NCBI GenBank assembly: GCA_965229355.1
Contig: OZ245869.1
Span: 2,078,318-2,142,317 of the forward strand
DNA length: 64,000 bases
Source: Rhodospirillaceae bacterium
GTDB lineage: Bacteria; Pseudomonadota; Alphaproteobacteria; Rhodospirillales; Rhodospirillaceae
Reading direction: 5' to 3'
Position numbers and translations under genes: made by a program. Position 1 is the first letter of the stretch, and the number at the start of each line of letters is the position of its first letter. Below the pieces are notes generated by a model. The model did not search any database, had not been told where the DNA came from, and was given only the letters and a program-made list of their open reading frames with translations. Of the stretch, positions 39,412 to 48,933 are shown piece after piece.

Positions 39412-39549
39412 CTTTTGGCAATAATTAGCGTCCGAAACCACGCTGTTGGCAATAATTAGGGTTCGGCTTGGGCAATACCCAAATGTCCGAAAACTGCTAA
39501 GGCGCTGGACTCATTGAATCGACTTGGCGGAATTTAAAGTCCGGCGTCA
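39412..39549 (-). repeat. distal (L-like) transposon end: four spaced putative TnsB sites plus the terminus
   Basis: The + strand units are TTGGCAATAATTAGCGTC (39415), TTGGCAATAATTAGGGTTC (39446), TTGGGCAATACCCAAATGTC (39468) and TTGGCGGAATTTAAAGTC (39524), followed by CGGCGTCA. Confidence 0.7.
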
Positions 39550-39554
39550 CCTGG
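39550..39554. repeat. target-site duplication CCTGG (right copy)
   Basis: It directly follows the terminal ...GGCGTCA and is identical to 3719-3723. Confidence 0.75.
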
Positions 39555-39602
39555 AATCGTAGCGGTGAGCAGTACCGCCAAGGTTGATCCGCCCGTTATT
39601 TT

Positions 39603-40181
39603 TCATGATCTGCACGTCTTGCCATCATTTGCAGTTGGCAGTTTCGCGAAGACACGCACAGTGTTGTCCTTTCCTGACATTGTGCTGCTCATCCCCAGAG
39701 CTTTTGCTAAAGCAAGCATGGGCTGATTGTCATTCAGAACCGTGCCCCAAAGCTCTCGCAGACCATAGAGTTTCGCGAGTTTGAGGAGATGCTGCATAAG
39801 GGCGTATCCAAGGCCTCTTCCATGAAAATCTGACCGAACAGCCACGGCAAATTCTGCTGCGGTACCAGTCTTATCCAGATGAAATCGGGCAATAGCGCTA
39901 GGCTCGTGTGTATGGATATCAGTAGCCAGTATTGCCACGCCCTGGGTTGGATCGGTTTGGGCAAGTTGCGTAGCAAGCTTTTTATCCATTTGGCGTACGG
40001 GAACCAGAAACCTCAAGCGCCGGTCTTCGGGTGATAATGCGTTAACGAAGCGTTCGATTAGACAGGCATCAACGGGTGTAAGTGGGCGAACATGAAACTG
40101 CGCACCTGCTCGCGTAACTAAATCGCACTGAAGCAGTGAAGGATCAATTGAGTGGGCCATACTCTTGATCCATACCTCCAT
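39603..40181 (-). CDS. GNAT-family N-acetyltransferase
   Basis: FAVAVRSDFHGRGLGYALMQHLL is the acetyl-CoA-binding motif A (R/Q-x-x-G-x-G/A). Confidence 0.8.
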   Translation of the reverse strand: MEVWIKSMAHSIDPSLLQCDLVTRAGAQFHVRPLTPVDACLIERFVNALSPEDRRLRFLVPVRQMDKKLATQLAQTDPTQGVAILATDIHTHEPSAIARFHLDKTGTAAEFAVAVRSDFHGRGLGYALMQHLLKLAKLYGLRELWGTVLNDNQPMLALAKALGMSSTMSGKDNTVRVFAKLPTANDGKTCRS

Positions 40182-40316
40182 GAAGTCTGGCTGCGTGTAT
40201 TATGCGTTTAAGGTGCCGCGTAAACGCTTAACGATTTTTTGCCGCGCATTGTTTTTTGCAGCGTGTGGGCTCGTTTCATTCAATCCTCGCTTCATTCAAC
40301 CGAAGCCCAGTTAATA

Positions 40317-40330
40317 TTGATCCTGATCAA
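40317..40330. promoter_or_regulatory. FixK/FNR box TTGATCCTGATCAA
   Basis: Perfect TTGAT-N4-ATCAA, ending 66 bp upstream of the hemerythrin-like gene. Confidence 0.7.
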
Positions 40331-40396
40331 TGAAGGTAAGTTGCCCCAAAAGTAAAATGTTTTGGTGGCGCACCAACTGCCGCTGCGGATGATATC

Positions 40397-40900
40397 ATGG
40401 ATCACGAAATATTGGAGCGCCTGCGGCATGAGCATTGTCATTTCGAACGTATTTTCAGTGCGATTGAAGCAGAGTGTTCCCGTTTAGAGGTCGGCATCAC
40501 CGCTAATATTGAGCGCCTCAAATCGATTGTTGCATATCTCGGTAAATATGCGTTCCCAGCGCATCATGCGCTGGAGGATGCAATATTTGAAAAACTTGAG
40601 CAGCATGTTCCACTGTTTCGCCAGGATATTTTTGACCTGACTGAAGATCACGAAATAAGCCGGCATGAATTTAGTATGTTTTCGAACATGTTGAACGCTA
40701 CAGATTCAGCTTTATCAGACGCTGGCCGCTCTTTTGTCGCGAACGAGCGTGGTCATTTCATTTCCGAAGAAGAAATTTTCTTTAAATACGCGCTAAAACA
40801 CTTAGCGCCATCTCAGTGGAGTGAACTACAGCAGCGTTGGCCTTGCGAAAGAGTAGACTTAAGGGCTGTGTTTCCCTTAATAGAGGATTTGCTCGATTAG
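40397..40900 (+). CDS. hemerythrin-like domain protein
   Basis: The His/Glu pattern (HEHCHFERIF, HHALEDAIFEKL, HEISRHEF) is typical of hemerythrin HHE domains. Confidence 0.7.
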   Translation: MDHEILERLRHEHCHFERIFSAIEAECSRLEVGITANIERLKSIVAYLGKYAFPAHHALEDAIFEKLEQHVPLFRQDIFDLTEDHEISRHEFSMFSNMLNATDSALSDAGRSFVANERGHFISEEEIFFKYALKHLAPSQWSELQQRWPCERVDLRAVFPLIEDLLD

Positions 40901-41508
40901 TGGTTGGTCTCAGTTGTCATTACCATCCGCACCAACTCTGATAGGCTGTGGGCTTGCGTTTTTTGCATAATGCGAGCGCGATGTGTTTCCACTGTTCTAA
41001 CGCTCATCCCCAGTTCATGCGCAGTGATCTTGTTTAGTTTTCCCATAACAAGACATTGCAATACTTCCATTTCTCGTGGGGTGAGTGACGCCAGACGCTC
41101 TGCTGCCTCATGGTTTTGCTGAGCGAGAGAACGCGGTAACTGCTGGCGAGCTGCGGTGTTCACGGCGTCGATTAGAATTTGGTCGTCAAATGGCTTCTCA
41201 ATAAAGTCAGAGGCGCCTGCCTTAATGGCTTGGACGGCCATCTGGACGTCACCATGCCCTGTGATGAAAATCAGGGGTATATGAATTTTAAGACTATTCA
41301 ATCGTTGTTGCAGCTCAAGTCCGTCAATGCCAGGCATGCGTATGTCGCTAATGATAACTCCGTTACTGACCGATGAAGCCGCGTCTAGAAAGTCGGTGCC
41401 TGATCTAAATGCGCGTACAGCAAAGCCCGCTTCAGCGAGTAAAATGGTAAGGCCATCGCGCACACCATCGTCGTCATCGATTAAATGAACTGTTATTGTT
41501 TCATTCAT
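40897..41508 (-). CDS. fixJ: FixJ-type response regulator (receiver plus LuxR helix-turn-helix)
   Basis: VHLIDDDDGVRD...ISDIRMPGIDGLEL is the receiver and LTPREMEVLQCLVMGKLNKITAHELGMSVRTVETHR is the helix-turn-helix. The start is ATG 41508 or 41514, overlapping the fixL stop. Confidence 0.85.
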   Translation of the reverse strand: MNETITVHLIDDDDGVRDGLTILLAEAGFAVRAFRSGTDFLDAASSVSNGVIISDIRMPGIDGLELQQRLNSLKIHIPLIFITGHGDVQMAVQAIKAGASDFIEKPFDDQILIDAVNTAARQQLPRSLAQQNHEAAERLASLTPREMEVLQCLVMGKLNKITAHELGMSVRTVETHRARIMQKTQAHSLSELVRMVMTTETNH

Positions 41509-43045
41509 GGTCATCTGCGGCCTCATCAATTGCGCGCGCTAAACTAAAGCGGAAAGTCGTCCCTCCGCCGGGATTATCTTCAGCATGAAGACGACCGCCA
41601 TGTGCTTCTATAATAGTTCTACAGATTGCGAGCCCGACGCCCATTCCATGTTGTTTTGTCGTAACGAATGGCTGAAATAGACGTTCCTTCACGTCGGGCG
41701 GTATGCCAGCGCCAACATCTGTTACAGACACTTCCACCATCTCGTCGTTTGGGCGCGTAGAGATTCTGAGAATGGGGGCTTTAAGGCCTTCCATGGCTTC
41801 AAGGCCATTTCTGACAAGATTCAATATAACCTGCTGAATCTGAACTTTGTCCGCCAAAACGGCAGGGGTGTCAGCGAAGTCAATCTCTACCTTGGTATTG
41901 CCAAATCTATTGCTAATACGCGCAAGCGCGACCGCTTCATTGACGATAACATCGATTGGCACCTCTGCTTTTTCTGTATCGCCACGGGACGCAAACTCTC
42001 GTAGCCGTCGTATAATTTCGCCCGCCCGTAGCAACTGTTGCGTAGCTTTTTCAACTGCATCACGCGCCCGCCCAATAGCTGCGGGATCGCCGACTTCCAG
42101 CATTCTTCGCGTCGCTTGAAGAAGGCTGCTGGCTCCGGTAAGCGGCTGGTTAAGCTCGTGTGCGAGTGAGGATGCCATCTGACCCATGCCGCTCACGCGC
42201 GAAACTTGAAGCAGCTCATTTTGTAATTCGCGTAGCTGGCGTTCGGTTTCTTGCTGCGCGGTTATGTCGTGAATGATTCCGACATAGATGCTTTCGCCCT
42301 CTAAATTGCCTTCGCCCACTGAAAGGTACATTGGAAATATCGAACCATCTTTGCGTCTACCCAGAACTTCGCGGCCGACCCCGATGATCTTTTTCTCATG
42401 TGTCTCTTGGTACCTATGAATATACCGATCATGCTCGTCACGGTATGGCGATGGCATAAGGAGGCTTACATTTTGGCCTTTAATCTCATTTTCCGTGTAT
42501 CCGAATTGTCGTTCTGCGGCTGTACTGAACGATTGGATGCGTCCGCGTTGATCAATCACGATGATCGCGTCAGGAACAGTTTCGAGAATGGTGCGTAGAC
42601 GTGTTTCCTGCTGCTTAAGAGCTGTGTTTGATTCTCGGCGTTCGCGGATATCCTCACTTAAGGTAATGACGCCGCGAATGTTTCCTTGTGAGTCATGAAG
42701 AGGGGCAGCTGAGTACCGCACGAGTGCTTTCTCGCCATCCTTGCGTAAGCGCTCTATTTCGACATCGCGAATGACTTGCCCAGCCAGAATTTTCTCGAAC
42801 ATCGCATGAAATGTCGCGGCTTGATGCGGTGAGTCTGGAAATGGTCGACCAAGAATATCGTCAGCAGTGTACCCGTAGAGATATGTGGCAGCATTATTCC
42901 AATGTGTGATGCATTTATCGAGATCGAGACCAATAATTGCGCTTGGCGAACCATCGACGATTGCTTCCAGCAATTCGTTTGTCTCGCGGAGTGCATCGGT
43001 GTCTGAAATCATGTCTAACGCTGCCGTCTTGCGAATAGTCGGCAT
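41501..43045 (-). CDS. fixL: FixL-type haem-PAS sensor histidine kinase
   Basis: DAIIVIDQRGRIQSFSTAAERQFGY...PYRDEHDRYIHRY...GSIFPMYLSVGE closely parallels the FixL haem-PAS domain. The H-box is SLAHELNQP. Confidence 0.85.
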   Translation of the reverse strand: MPTIRKTAALDMISDTDALRETNELLEAIVDGSPSAIIGLDLDKCITHWNNAATYLYGYTADDILGRPFPDSPHQAATFHAMFEKILAGQVIRDVEIERLRKDGEKALVRYSAAPLHDSQGNIRGVITLSEDIRERRESNTALKQQETRLRTILETVPDAIIVIDQRGRIQSFSTAAERQFGYTENEIKGQNVSLLMPSPYRDEHDRYIHRYQETHEKKIIGVGREVLGRRKDGSIFPMYLSVGEGNLEGESIYVGIIHDITAQQETERQLRELQNELLQVSRVSGMGQMASSLAHELNQPLTGASSLLQATRRMLEVGDPAAIGRARDAVEKATQQLLRAGEIIRRLREFASRGDTEKAEVPIDVIVNEAVALARISNRFGNTKVEIDFADTPAVLADKVQIQQVILNLVRNGLEAMEGLKAPILRISTRPNDEMVEVSVTDVGAGIPPDVKERLFQPFVTTKQHGMGVGLAICRTIIEAHGGRLHAEDNPGGGTTFRFSLARAIDEAADDHE

Positions 43046-43201
43046 ATGCTTCCACGGATAATCGCTCAGTGGTCAATTGCGCCGGCTCTTTGCGTCCCAC
43101 GCGTTTGTTGTGACAAACGCTGCCCAGGGCGAAATGTACAATGTTTCTCGTGAATTTCCAGGGCTGGCAGTGTTAGGGCGGGAAATTCGTTGCTTAGAAA
43201 T

Positions 43202-43597
43202 CTATTGGGCGTCCGCCGCGGCTGGATTGGGATGCCACGCATCAACAGAACGCACCTTAAAGGTTCGCTGGATCTTATCGTGTTCTGTAATCGAAATATA
43301 TTCACCTGGGATAAAACGATGGTCTCCTAAGCGGAATATTCCTTCGTCGTCGTCTTCTCCAGGTGCATAGGAGATGACCCATTGGCCTTGTTTGTTGAGG
43401 ATGAGTAAACCGACTTCCACCCGAAGACCATTTGCGATGCGATGAACACTGCATAATGGCTTAAACTTATGCCACTGATCGCGGTCAAGCTGCGAGTTTG
43501 TATCAAGCGGGGCCCGGACAATGTACCCGTGATTTGGATCGCCAGATGGGTGCGTAGAATCACGCGCAAGTTCCAAGCTGATTACTTTCAGAGGCAT
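43202..43597 (-). CDS. hypothetical protein
   Basis: 131 aa from ATG 43597 (MPLKVISLE), which is preceded by AGGAGA. I recognise no family. Confidence 0.5.
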   Translation of the reverse strand: MPLKVISLELARDSTHPSGDPNHGYIVRAPLDTNSQLDRDQWHKFKPLCSVHRIANGLRVEVGLLILNKQGQWVISYAPGEDDDEGIFRLGDHRFIPGEYISITEHDKIQRTFKVRSVDAWHPNPAAADAQ

Positions 43598-43670
43598 ATT
43601 TTCTCCTACGGGGTTCAAATCCAAGAACGTGCGTGAGGTAAAGTGCTGGCCCTATTTAAAAGCGCCTTAT

Positions 43671-43886
43671 TTAAAATACGGTTCGCAAGCGTCCGCCGTT
43701 GCGCTCGGCTCGGTTGGCCGGATTCCAGCCAAGTTTCATGCAGTGTGTCTCAGCAGCCGCCTTGCCCATGGCTTCAGTATCAAACGTTCCGGGTAACACT
43801 GCGATGCGGCCGCGAAATGCAATAACGACACGTTTAGAAGATGCGTCGTAGGTGATTGTCATTCCAGGCTCATAAACATTGCTCAC
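43671..43886 (-). CDS. hypothetical small protein
   Basis: 71-aa ORF between fixK and 43202..43597 on the same strand. Confidence 0.4.
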   Translation of the reverse strand: MSNVYEPGMTITYDASSKRVVIAFRGRIAVLPGTFDTEAMGKAAAETHCMKLGWNPANRAERNGGRLRTVF

Positions 43887-43931
43887 GAGTGCTTTGCCTT
43901 CTTAGAAAGTGCGTTGTTCCGTTGTCCGCAG

Positions 43932-44654
43932 CTATGCGTTTTGAAGTGAGTCTTCAAGCGCATAACGATTCACCAACTTGATACGATTTAGGCTGGCTTC
44001 AATAATTGCGCGCGACTTCTTTAGTTTTGTGAAGTTGCGGCTCACTGTTTCATGTGCCATGCCCAGATAATCGGCAATATCAACGCGCGACATGGGTAAC
44101 TCAACCCAGCCGTCATCGTTATGTGCACGGTCCGACATTGACAGAAGGAATAACGCAAGCCGGTCGTGCGCCGACCGATGGCAAAGCCGAACCATGTGGG
44201 CATACGCGCCTGTCAGCCCTTTCATCGTCAACGACTGCAGTTCGCATGCGAAGACTGGGTCTGTTCGAATGATCGCATCCAGATCTTTTCGGCGGTAGCG
44301 AACCAAAGTGCAGTCCTGCAAGGCCTCCGCTGTGAACTCATGGACGTCTGAGTTCGTGAACCCGACTAAATCGCCTGCCAAGCTGAAATCGCAAATTTGA
44401 CGATGACCGTCGCCGATAATTTTGATCAAACGCAGGCTACCGCTCGTTACTTTGTAGAAGTAGGTCGTGTCATCGCCTTCGTGGAAGATTGTACTGCCAG
44501 ACTTTATTTTTAGTTGAGTTTCGTAGGGTCGTGCCGCAAGTGGTTTTGCCGTGTTGGCGCCCGACCATGCCGACGGCGGCGCTTGAATGTGACGGGCTTG
44601 AACAGCGGTCTGTAACATCGTGAAACCCCATGGTCCTGCAATTTCGATGGTCAA
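43932..44654 (-). CDS. fixK: Crp/Fnr-family regulator, FixK type
   Basis: It has a cNMP-binding-like barrel and the C-terminal helix-turn-helix RVDIADYLGMAHETVSRNFTKL. There is no N-terminal Cys cluster. Confidence 0.8.
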   Translation of the reverse strand: MTIEIAGPWGFTMLQTAVQARHIQAPPSAWSGANTAKPLAARPYETQLKIKSGSTIFHEGDDTTYFYKVTSGSLRLIKIIGDGHRQICDFSLAGDLVGFTNSDVHEFTAEALQDCTLVRYRRKDLDAIIRTDPVFACELQSLTMKGLTGAYAHMVRLCHRSAHDRLALFLLSMSDRAHNDDGWVELPMSRVDIADYLGMAHETVSRNFTKLKKSRAIIEASLNRIKLVNRYALEDSLQNA

Positions 44655-44768
44655 GAGGTACGGCTATTTTGGGGCTGTCGATACTTGTTGGTTCCCCGTC
44701 CGTATTTATACGTACGCCCTATAAGGGCGGCACAAGCATGCCCAAATCGTCGTCGAGTGGGGCGACAA

Positions 44769-45617
44769 TTAGTGCGCGTAAAGGACCGGCATATCTGCGA
44801 ACTTCAACATATACTCGGTCACACCGCCTAAAACGAATTGGCGTAGACGACTATGCGTATACGCGCCGATTACCAAAAGGTCAGCGCCCTCAGCATTTGC
44901 AACTTGAAGAAGGAGTTGTCCTGTTTGCCGCGATGCATCCGGAAATTTACAGACTTTAGGCTTTAAGCCGTGCCAGGTGAGATAGGCGGCTAAATGTTCG
45001 CTCGTTGATCCGTGTACGCGGATGTCACCAAACTGAATAATGGTCACTTCAGCGCCGCGAGGGAGAAGATCGATGGCAGATTCAACTGCGTTCGAAGCTT
45101 CCAGGCTGCCATTCCAACCAATAGCAGCTTTATGTGCAAACTCACCTACGTGCTCAGGCAAAGTCAGGACCGGCCGCTGAACCGTGAACAGGGCCTCTTC
45201 GATTGTTGCTCTGTCTAATATGCCGGTCTCGGCATCGGGCTGCGGTACAACGACCAAGTCGGTGAGCAATCCCAGATTTGTGATGGCTGTGCCGTCGAAC
45301 GTTTTTGCGTCAATCCACGTTGCCGAAGGCAAATGCACACTGTCTTCAGATATCCCTGACTTTTCTACTGCGTGCTTATAAATGCTGTGCGCCTGGGCGC
45401 GCCTGCACGCGTAGGCGTGTTCCAGCGCTTTGTGTGCAGCCTCATAATATAAGGGCATTATTGCCGATTCTGTATCTGCGTTTAGGCCAATGCTGTGCGC
45501 CGCTGCTGTAAAGGAAACATGTGCCGAAAGGCGCTTCGCGAGATTTATCGCAGCAATTGCAGCGTTCTCGACATCTCGGCCCCCGGCCAGAGCGGCGAGA
45601 ATTTGCTTTATAGCCAT
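44769..45617 (-). CDS. tandem universal stress protein (UspA family)
   Basis: 282 aa, two Usp halves, with the C-terminal motif LLVIGAYTHSRLRQFVLGGVT. Confidence 0.8.
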   Translation of the reverse strand: MAIKQILAALAGGRDVENAAIAAINLAKRLSAHVSFTAAAHSIGLNADTESAIMPLYYEAAHKALEHAYACRRAQAHSIYKHAVEKSGISEDSVHLPSATWIDAKTFDGTAITNLGLLTDLVVVPQPDAETGILDRATIEEALFTVQRPVLTLPEHVGEFAHKAAIGWNGSLEASNAVESAIDLLPRGAEVTIIQFGDIRVHGSTSEHLAAYLTWHGLKPKVCKFPDASRQTGQLLLQVANAEGADLLVIGAYTHSRLRQFVLGGVTEYMLKFADMPVLYAH

Positions 45618-45730
45618 TTATATAACTCCCGTAGAAGCATGTGAGATACGGGAGTACGACAAACTTTCGCGATTATAAATTTCGTTACTACGCGTACGTA
45701 TTTCTACTGAGAGGCCTGCATGACTTCCAG

Positions 45731-45744
45731 TTGACTCTGGTCAA
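45731..45744. promoter_or_regulatory. FixK/FNR-like box TTGACTCTGGTCAA
   Basis: TTGAC-N4-GTCAA in the divergent usp-usp intergenic region, ending 61 bp upstream of ATG 45806. Confidence 0.6.
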
Positions 45745-45805
45745 TGCGGCGCTTGGCGCTGGACCTATAATGCACGTTGTTCCGTGTAAAATGTCGGAGG
45801 CTAAT

Positions 45806-46663
45806 ATGACAATTAAATCCATCGTTGTGCCATTGACTGGTATCGCTGAAGCCAAGAACGTTGTGGCTGTGGCCCTTAACTTGGCGCGCCACTTCGATGC
45901 GGCGCTCACGGGTTATGATGCTGTGCCAGAGCCCGAGCTTTTTGTCGATCAGGGTGCGTTCGGCACAATGGCTGCCGGATATGAAGAAATTTACAAGATC
46001 AATCTTAAACTTGCCAATGATCGGCGGATTGCTGCGAAACGCATGTTCGAGGCAGCATGTAAAAGTGCCGCTCTGCCGGTGAGCGCGCGTTTGAACTCAA
46101 AGGGGACATCAGCCGCATGGTCGTCGACCGAGAAAATAGCTTCGGGCGATATTTTTATGCTGATGCGCTGTGCCGATCTGATTGTGTCCAAACTCCCATC
46201 GCAAGAACACCAATTTGCTGATCTCGATCTATTAGAGAAGTGTGTGTTTGCGACGGGCCAGCCTGTGCTGGCTGTCCCCCAGGGGGGAGGAACCACATTC
46301 TCGGGTCGTACCGCGATTGCCTGGAACGGAAGCGTAGAAGCGATGCGTGCAGTGAAGGGCGCGTTGCCACTTCTGCAACTCGGTAAAGGTGTCGAGATCA
46401 TCCAGGTCGGCGATGTGCCTACGGCTGATGCAGAGTTATTAGCCATTTACCTTGGACGGCACGGCATTAAAGCGAAAATTCAGAATCTGAAGGACCAGAA
46501 GCGCCGTACTGGTCAGTTAATTTTTAATGCGGCAACGGATGCTAATTGCGAGTTGCTCGTAATGGGTGCGTATACGCATAGTCCCATGCGCGAATTCATC
46601 TTGGGCGGGGTCACGCGCTACATGTTCGACAATGCCAATATACCGGTGTTACTCGCGCATTAA
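45806..46663 (+). CDS. tandem universal stress protein (UspA family)
   Basis: Start MTIKSIVVPLTG is preceded by GGAGG. The C-terminal motif is LLVMGAYTHSPMREFILGGVT. Confidence 0.8.
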   Translation: MTIKSIVVPLTGIAEAKNVVAVALNLARHFDAALTGYDAVPEPELFVDQGAFGTMAAGYEEIYKINLKLANDRRIAAKRMFEAACKSAALPVSARLNSKGTSAAWSSTEKIASGDIFMLMRCADLIVSKLPSQEHQFADLDLLEKCVFATGQPVLAVPQGGGTTFSGRTAIAWNGSVEAMRAVKGALPLLQLGKGVEIIQVGDVPTADAELLAIYLGRHGIKAKIQNLKDQKRRTGQLIFNAATDANCELLVMGAYTHSPMREFILGGVTRYMFDNANIPVLLAH

Positions 46664-46686
46664 AACAAGTGGATCGGAGATCTGCT

Positions 46687-47223
46687 ATGGCAAAAGTCCT
46701 TATACTATACGCCACCACAGAAGGACAAACCCGCAAGATTGCACAGTTTCTTGCGGACCGTGCCGCATATCGCGATCATGCCGTCGATATGCATGATGTT
46801 ACATGCCTACCGGCTCAATTGGATCTTGAGAGCTATGATGGTGTGATCCTCGCCGCGTCCTTGCACATGGACCAGCATCAGCCTGCGATGCACCATTTTG
46901 TGGTCAGTCACTTGCTAACGCTTCAAAACGTGAAAACTGCTTTTCTGTCTGTCAGCCTCAGCGCTGCAGGCGATAAGTCTGATCAAAGCGTCGCATACAC
47001 ATGCATGGAACGCTTTTTGCTCGAAACGCGGTGGTCGCCCAAAAAAAGAATGATGGTAGCAGGGGCATTGCGTTTTCCAGAGCATGACTTTTTTCGGCGC
47101 TGGATGTTAAGACGGATTGCAAAAGTAAAGCATGCTCCGGCGGACGCTTCAGGTGATCATGAATTCACAGATTGGGAGGCGTTAAGCAAATTCTTCGATG
47201 AATTCATGGCTACCTCATATTAG
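46687..47223 (+). CDS. hemG: flavodoxin-like protein, HemG-family protoporphyrinogen oxidase candidate
   Basis: MAKVLILYATTEGQTRKIA ... VAGALRFPEHDFFRRWM ... EFTDWEAL parallels E. coli HemG. Confidence 0.6.
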   Translation: MAKVLILYATTEGQTRKIAQFLADRAAYRDHAVDMHDVTCLPAQLDLESYDGVILAASLHMDQHQPAMHHFVVSHLLTLQNVKTAFLSVSLSAAGDKSDQSVAYTCMERFLLETRWSPKKRMMVAGALRFPEHDFFRRWMLRRIAKVKHAPADASGDHEFTDWEALSKFFDEFMATSY

Positions 47224-47437
47224 CAACAGCTATGATGGCGCATATAGAGCGTTAGTAGAGTCAACGCATTAGTCGATCAAATGTCTTGCCCCATATTTGC
47301 ACGCTGAATTGGGAGGCCGGATACTCAGTGATGGCACTGTCGTCGCCGGTCTTATCGAGCCTAATACAGGGCCCTCGCGGATCGTGCATATCCACAGGCT
47401 GAGTCATTTAGCGTAAGCAAGGAAAGATATTCTGGTA

Positions 47438-47890
47438 ATGCGACAAATTGTCTGCTGCGAGTGCGAGGCGGTGAATCGCGTATCGGTCGAGCGCGACCCT
47501 GCTGTCGCCAGATGCGGGCGTTGCCGTCAGCCGCTATTTAATGCTGCGCCAGCGGATGTTTCGCAGGCTGCGTTTGAAAAACATATTCGTTCTTCCGTAG
47601 GTATAAGTCTCTTGGTTGATGTGTGGGCGCCCTGGTGTGGGCCTTGCAAGGCTATGGCGCCGCATTTTATGAAAGCAGCCGCATCGCTTGAACCAGAAGT
47701 TCGTTTGCTAAAATTAAATGCCGATACGGCCCCTCAAGTTATGGCGAATTATCATATCTCCGGAATTCCGACCCTGTTGCTGTTTCAGGCGACACGCCTT
47801 ATTGGCAGGCGTTCTGGCGCGTTGAGCCTTGATCAAATTGTGACGTGGACGCGGCAAACAATCGCGCAAGGCGGCTCAGTGTCTGACTAG
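47438..47890 (+). CDS. trxC: thioredoxin 2 type (N-terminal zinc finger plus WCGPC)
   Basis: CCECEAVNRV...CGRCRQPL is the zinc finger and WAPWCGPCK is the active site. Confidence 0.85.
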   Translation: MRQIVCCECEAVNRVSVERDPAVARCGRCRQPLFNAAPADVSQAAFEKHIRSSVGISLLVDVWAPWCGPCKAMAPHFMKAAASLEPEVRLLKLNADTAPQVMANYHISGIPTLLLFQATRLIGRRSGALSLDQIVTWTRQTIAQGGSVSD

Positions 47891-48102
47891 AGTGAAGTGA
47901 TCGCGGGTTGAGTTGATTTCGACTTTCCACACTTTCATCTCTGTCCACACTTTCATCCAACTGTTACCCGTATACCACCCGACTTCACATCGGCCGGGAA
48001 GAAGGGTTGCTGTTGTAAGATAGTCAGCGCGCCACAGGCAAAAAAGTTTCTCCTCACCGCCGCCTAAGCCTACGGCATACTTTTTTCTCAACCAAAGCAG
48101 CG

Positions 48103-48933
48103 CTAAAACGCCGGCAAAGGTGGTGCATTATAATATGCCGACAACTCATCGATTTCCTGCGGCGTCAACCTTTTCGCAATAACCCTCATGCGGCTATAAA
48201 GGTCATTCCGACGTACACCGCTCGCGAAGGCATTCATTTGCGTTTCAAAATATGGTCGGTATTGCCCCGTTAAATTGGGTGCTTCAAGCGGTCCGCCTGT
48301 GCGGCGCTCGTGGCAGGATGTGCAAGCCGGCAGTGCGCGCGCTGTATCCCCGCGTAAAACCAAATCGAGTGTCTTTTGCGACACCGGGATACTCGCCAAG
48401 TTGTCCTGATTGCGCGGGCGAAGGCTGCTGTAATAAGCCGCGACATCACTCATCTGCTGGTCGTCAAGTACGTCGGCGATCGGCTTCATGACATCACTTA
48501 TCCTGACGCCAGCTTTAATATCCTTTAGCTGTTTGTAGATTGCCCGTGCAGATTGCCCCGTGATCGCCGGTGTTATCTTCGGATCGGACACGAGGCTATT
48601 GGGGAGATGGCATGACACGCACACGTCGGCCGCGTATGCGCGACCTCTGGCGATATCTCCGCCTGCGAGAAGGCCAAGCGTGTTGCTATCAAACGCGACC
48701 GTAGATCCGCGCGTTTGTCCCGTCACTTGTGTTGGAGCTTCTTGTTCCAGACCAAGTGCGCGGCAAAGAGCGGAGAATACATCCAGACCATCCTCGTAGC
48801 TTTGCGCCGCAGGAAAGATCACGAAGCTGAGCAGACCAGCCATAATGGCCGTTGTGCCGATAACGGCGACGGCCTTACCGCTGAATGAACTTTGGCCACC
48901 CGGCGTGGCGTTGCGAGATTTATTCTTGTCCAT
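48103..48933 (-). CDS. dihaem c-type cytochrome
   Basis: Two CxxCH motifs (CVSCH, CTSCH) and an N-terminal membrane anchor. ATG 48933 overlaps the stop of oxidase subunit I. Confidence 0.75.
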   Translation of the reverse strand: MDKNKSRNATPGGQSSFSGKAVAVIGTTAIMAGLLSFVIFPAAQSYEDGLDVFSALCRALGLEQEAPTQVTGQTRGSTVAFDSNTLGLLAGGDIARGRAYAADVCVSCHLPNSLVSDPKITPAITGQSARAIYKQLKDIKAGVRISDVMKPIADVLDDQQMSDVAAYYSSLRPRNQDNLASIPVSQKTLDLVLRGDTARALPACTSCHERRTGGPLEAPNLTGQYRPYFETQMNAFASGVRRNDLYSRMRVIAKRLTPQEIDELSAYYNAPPLPAF

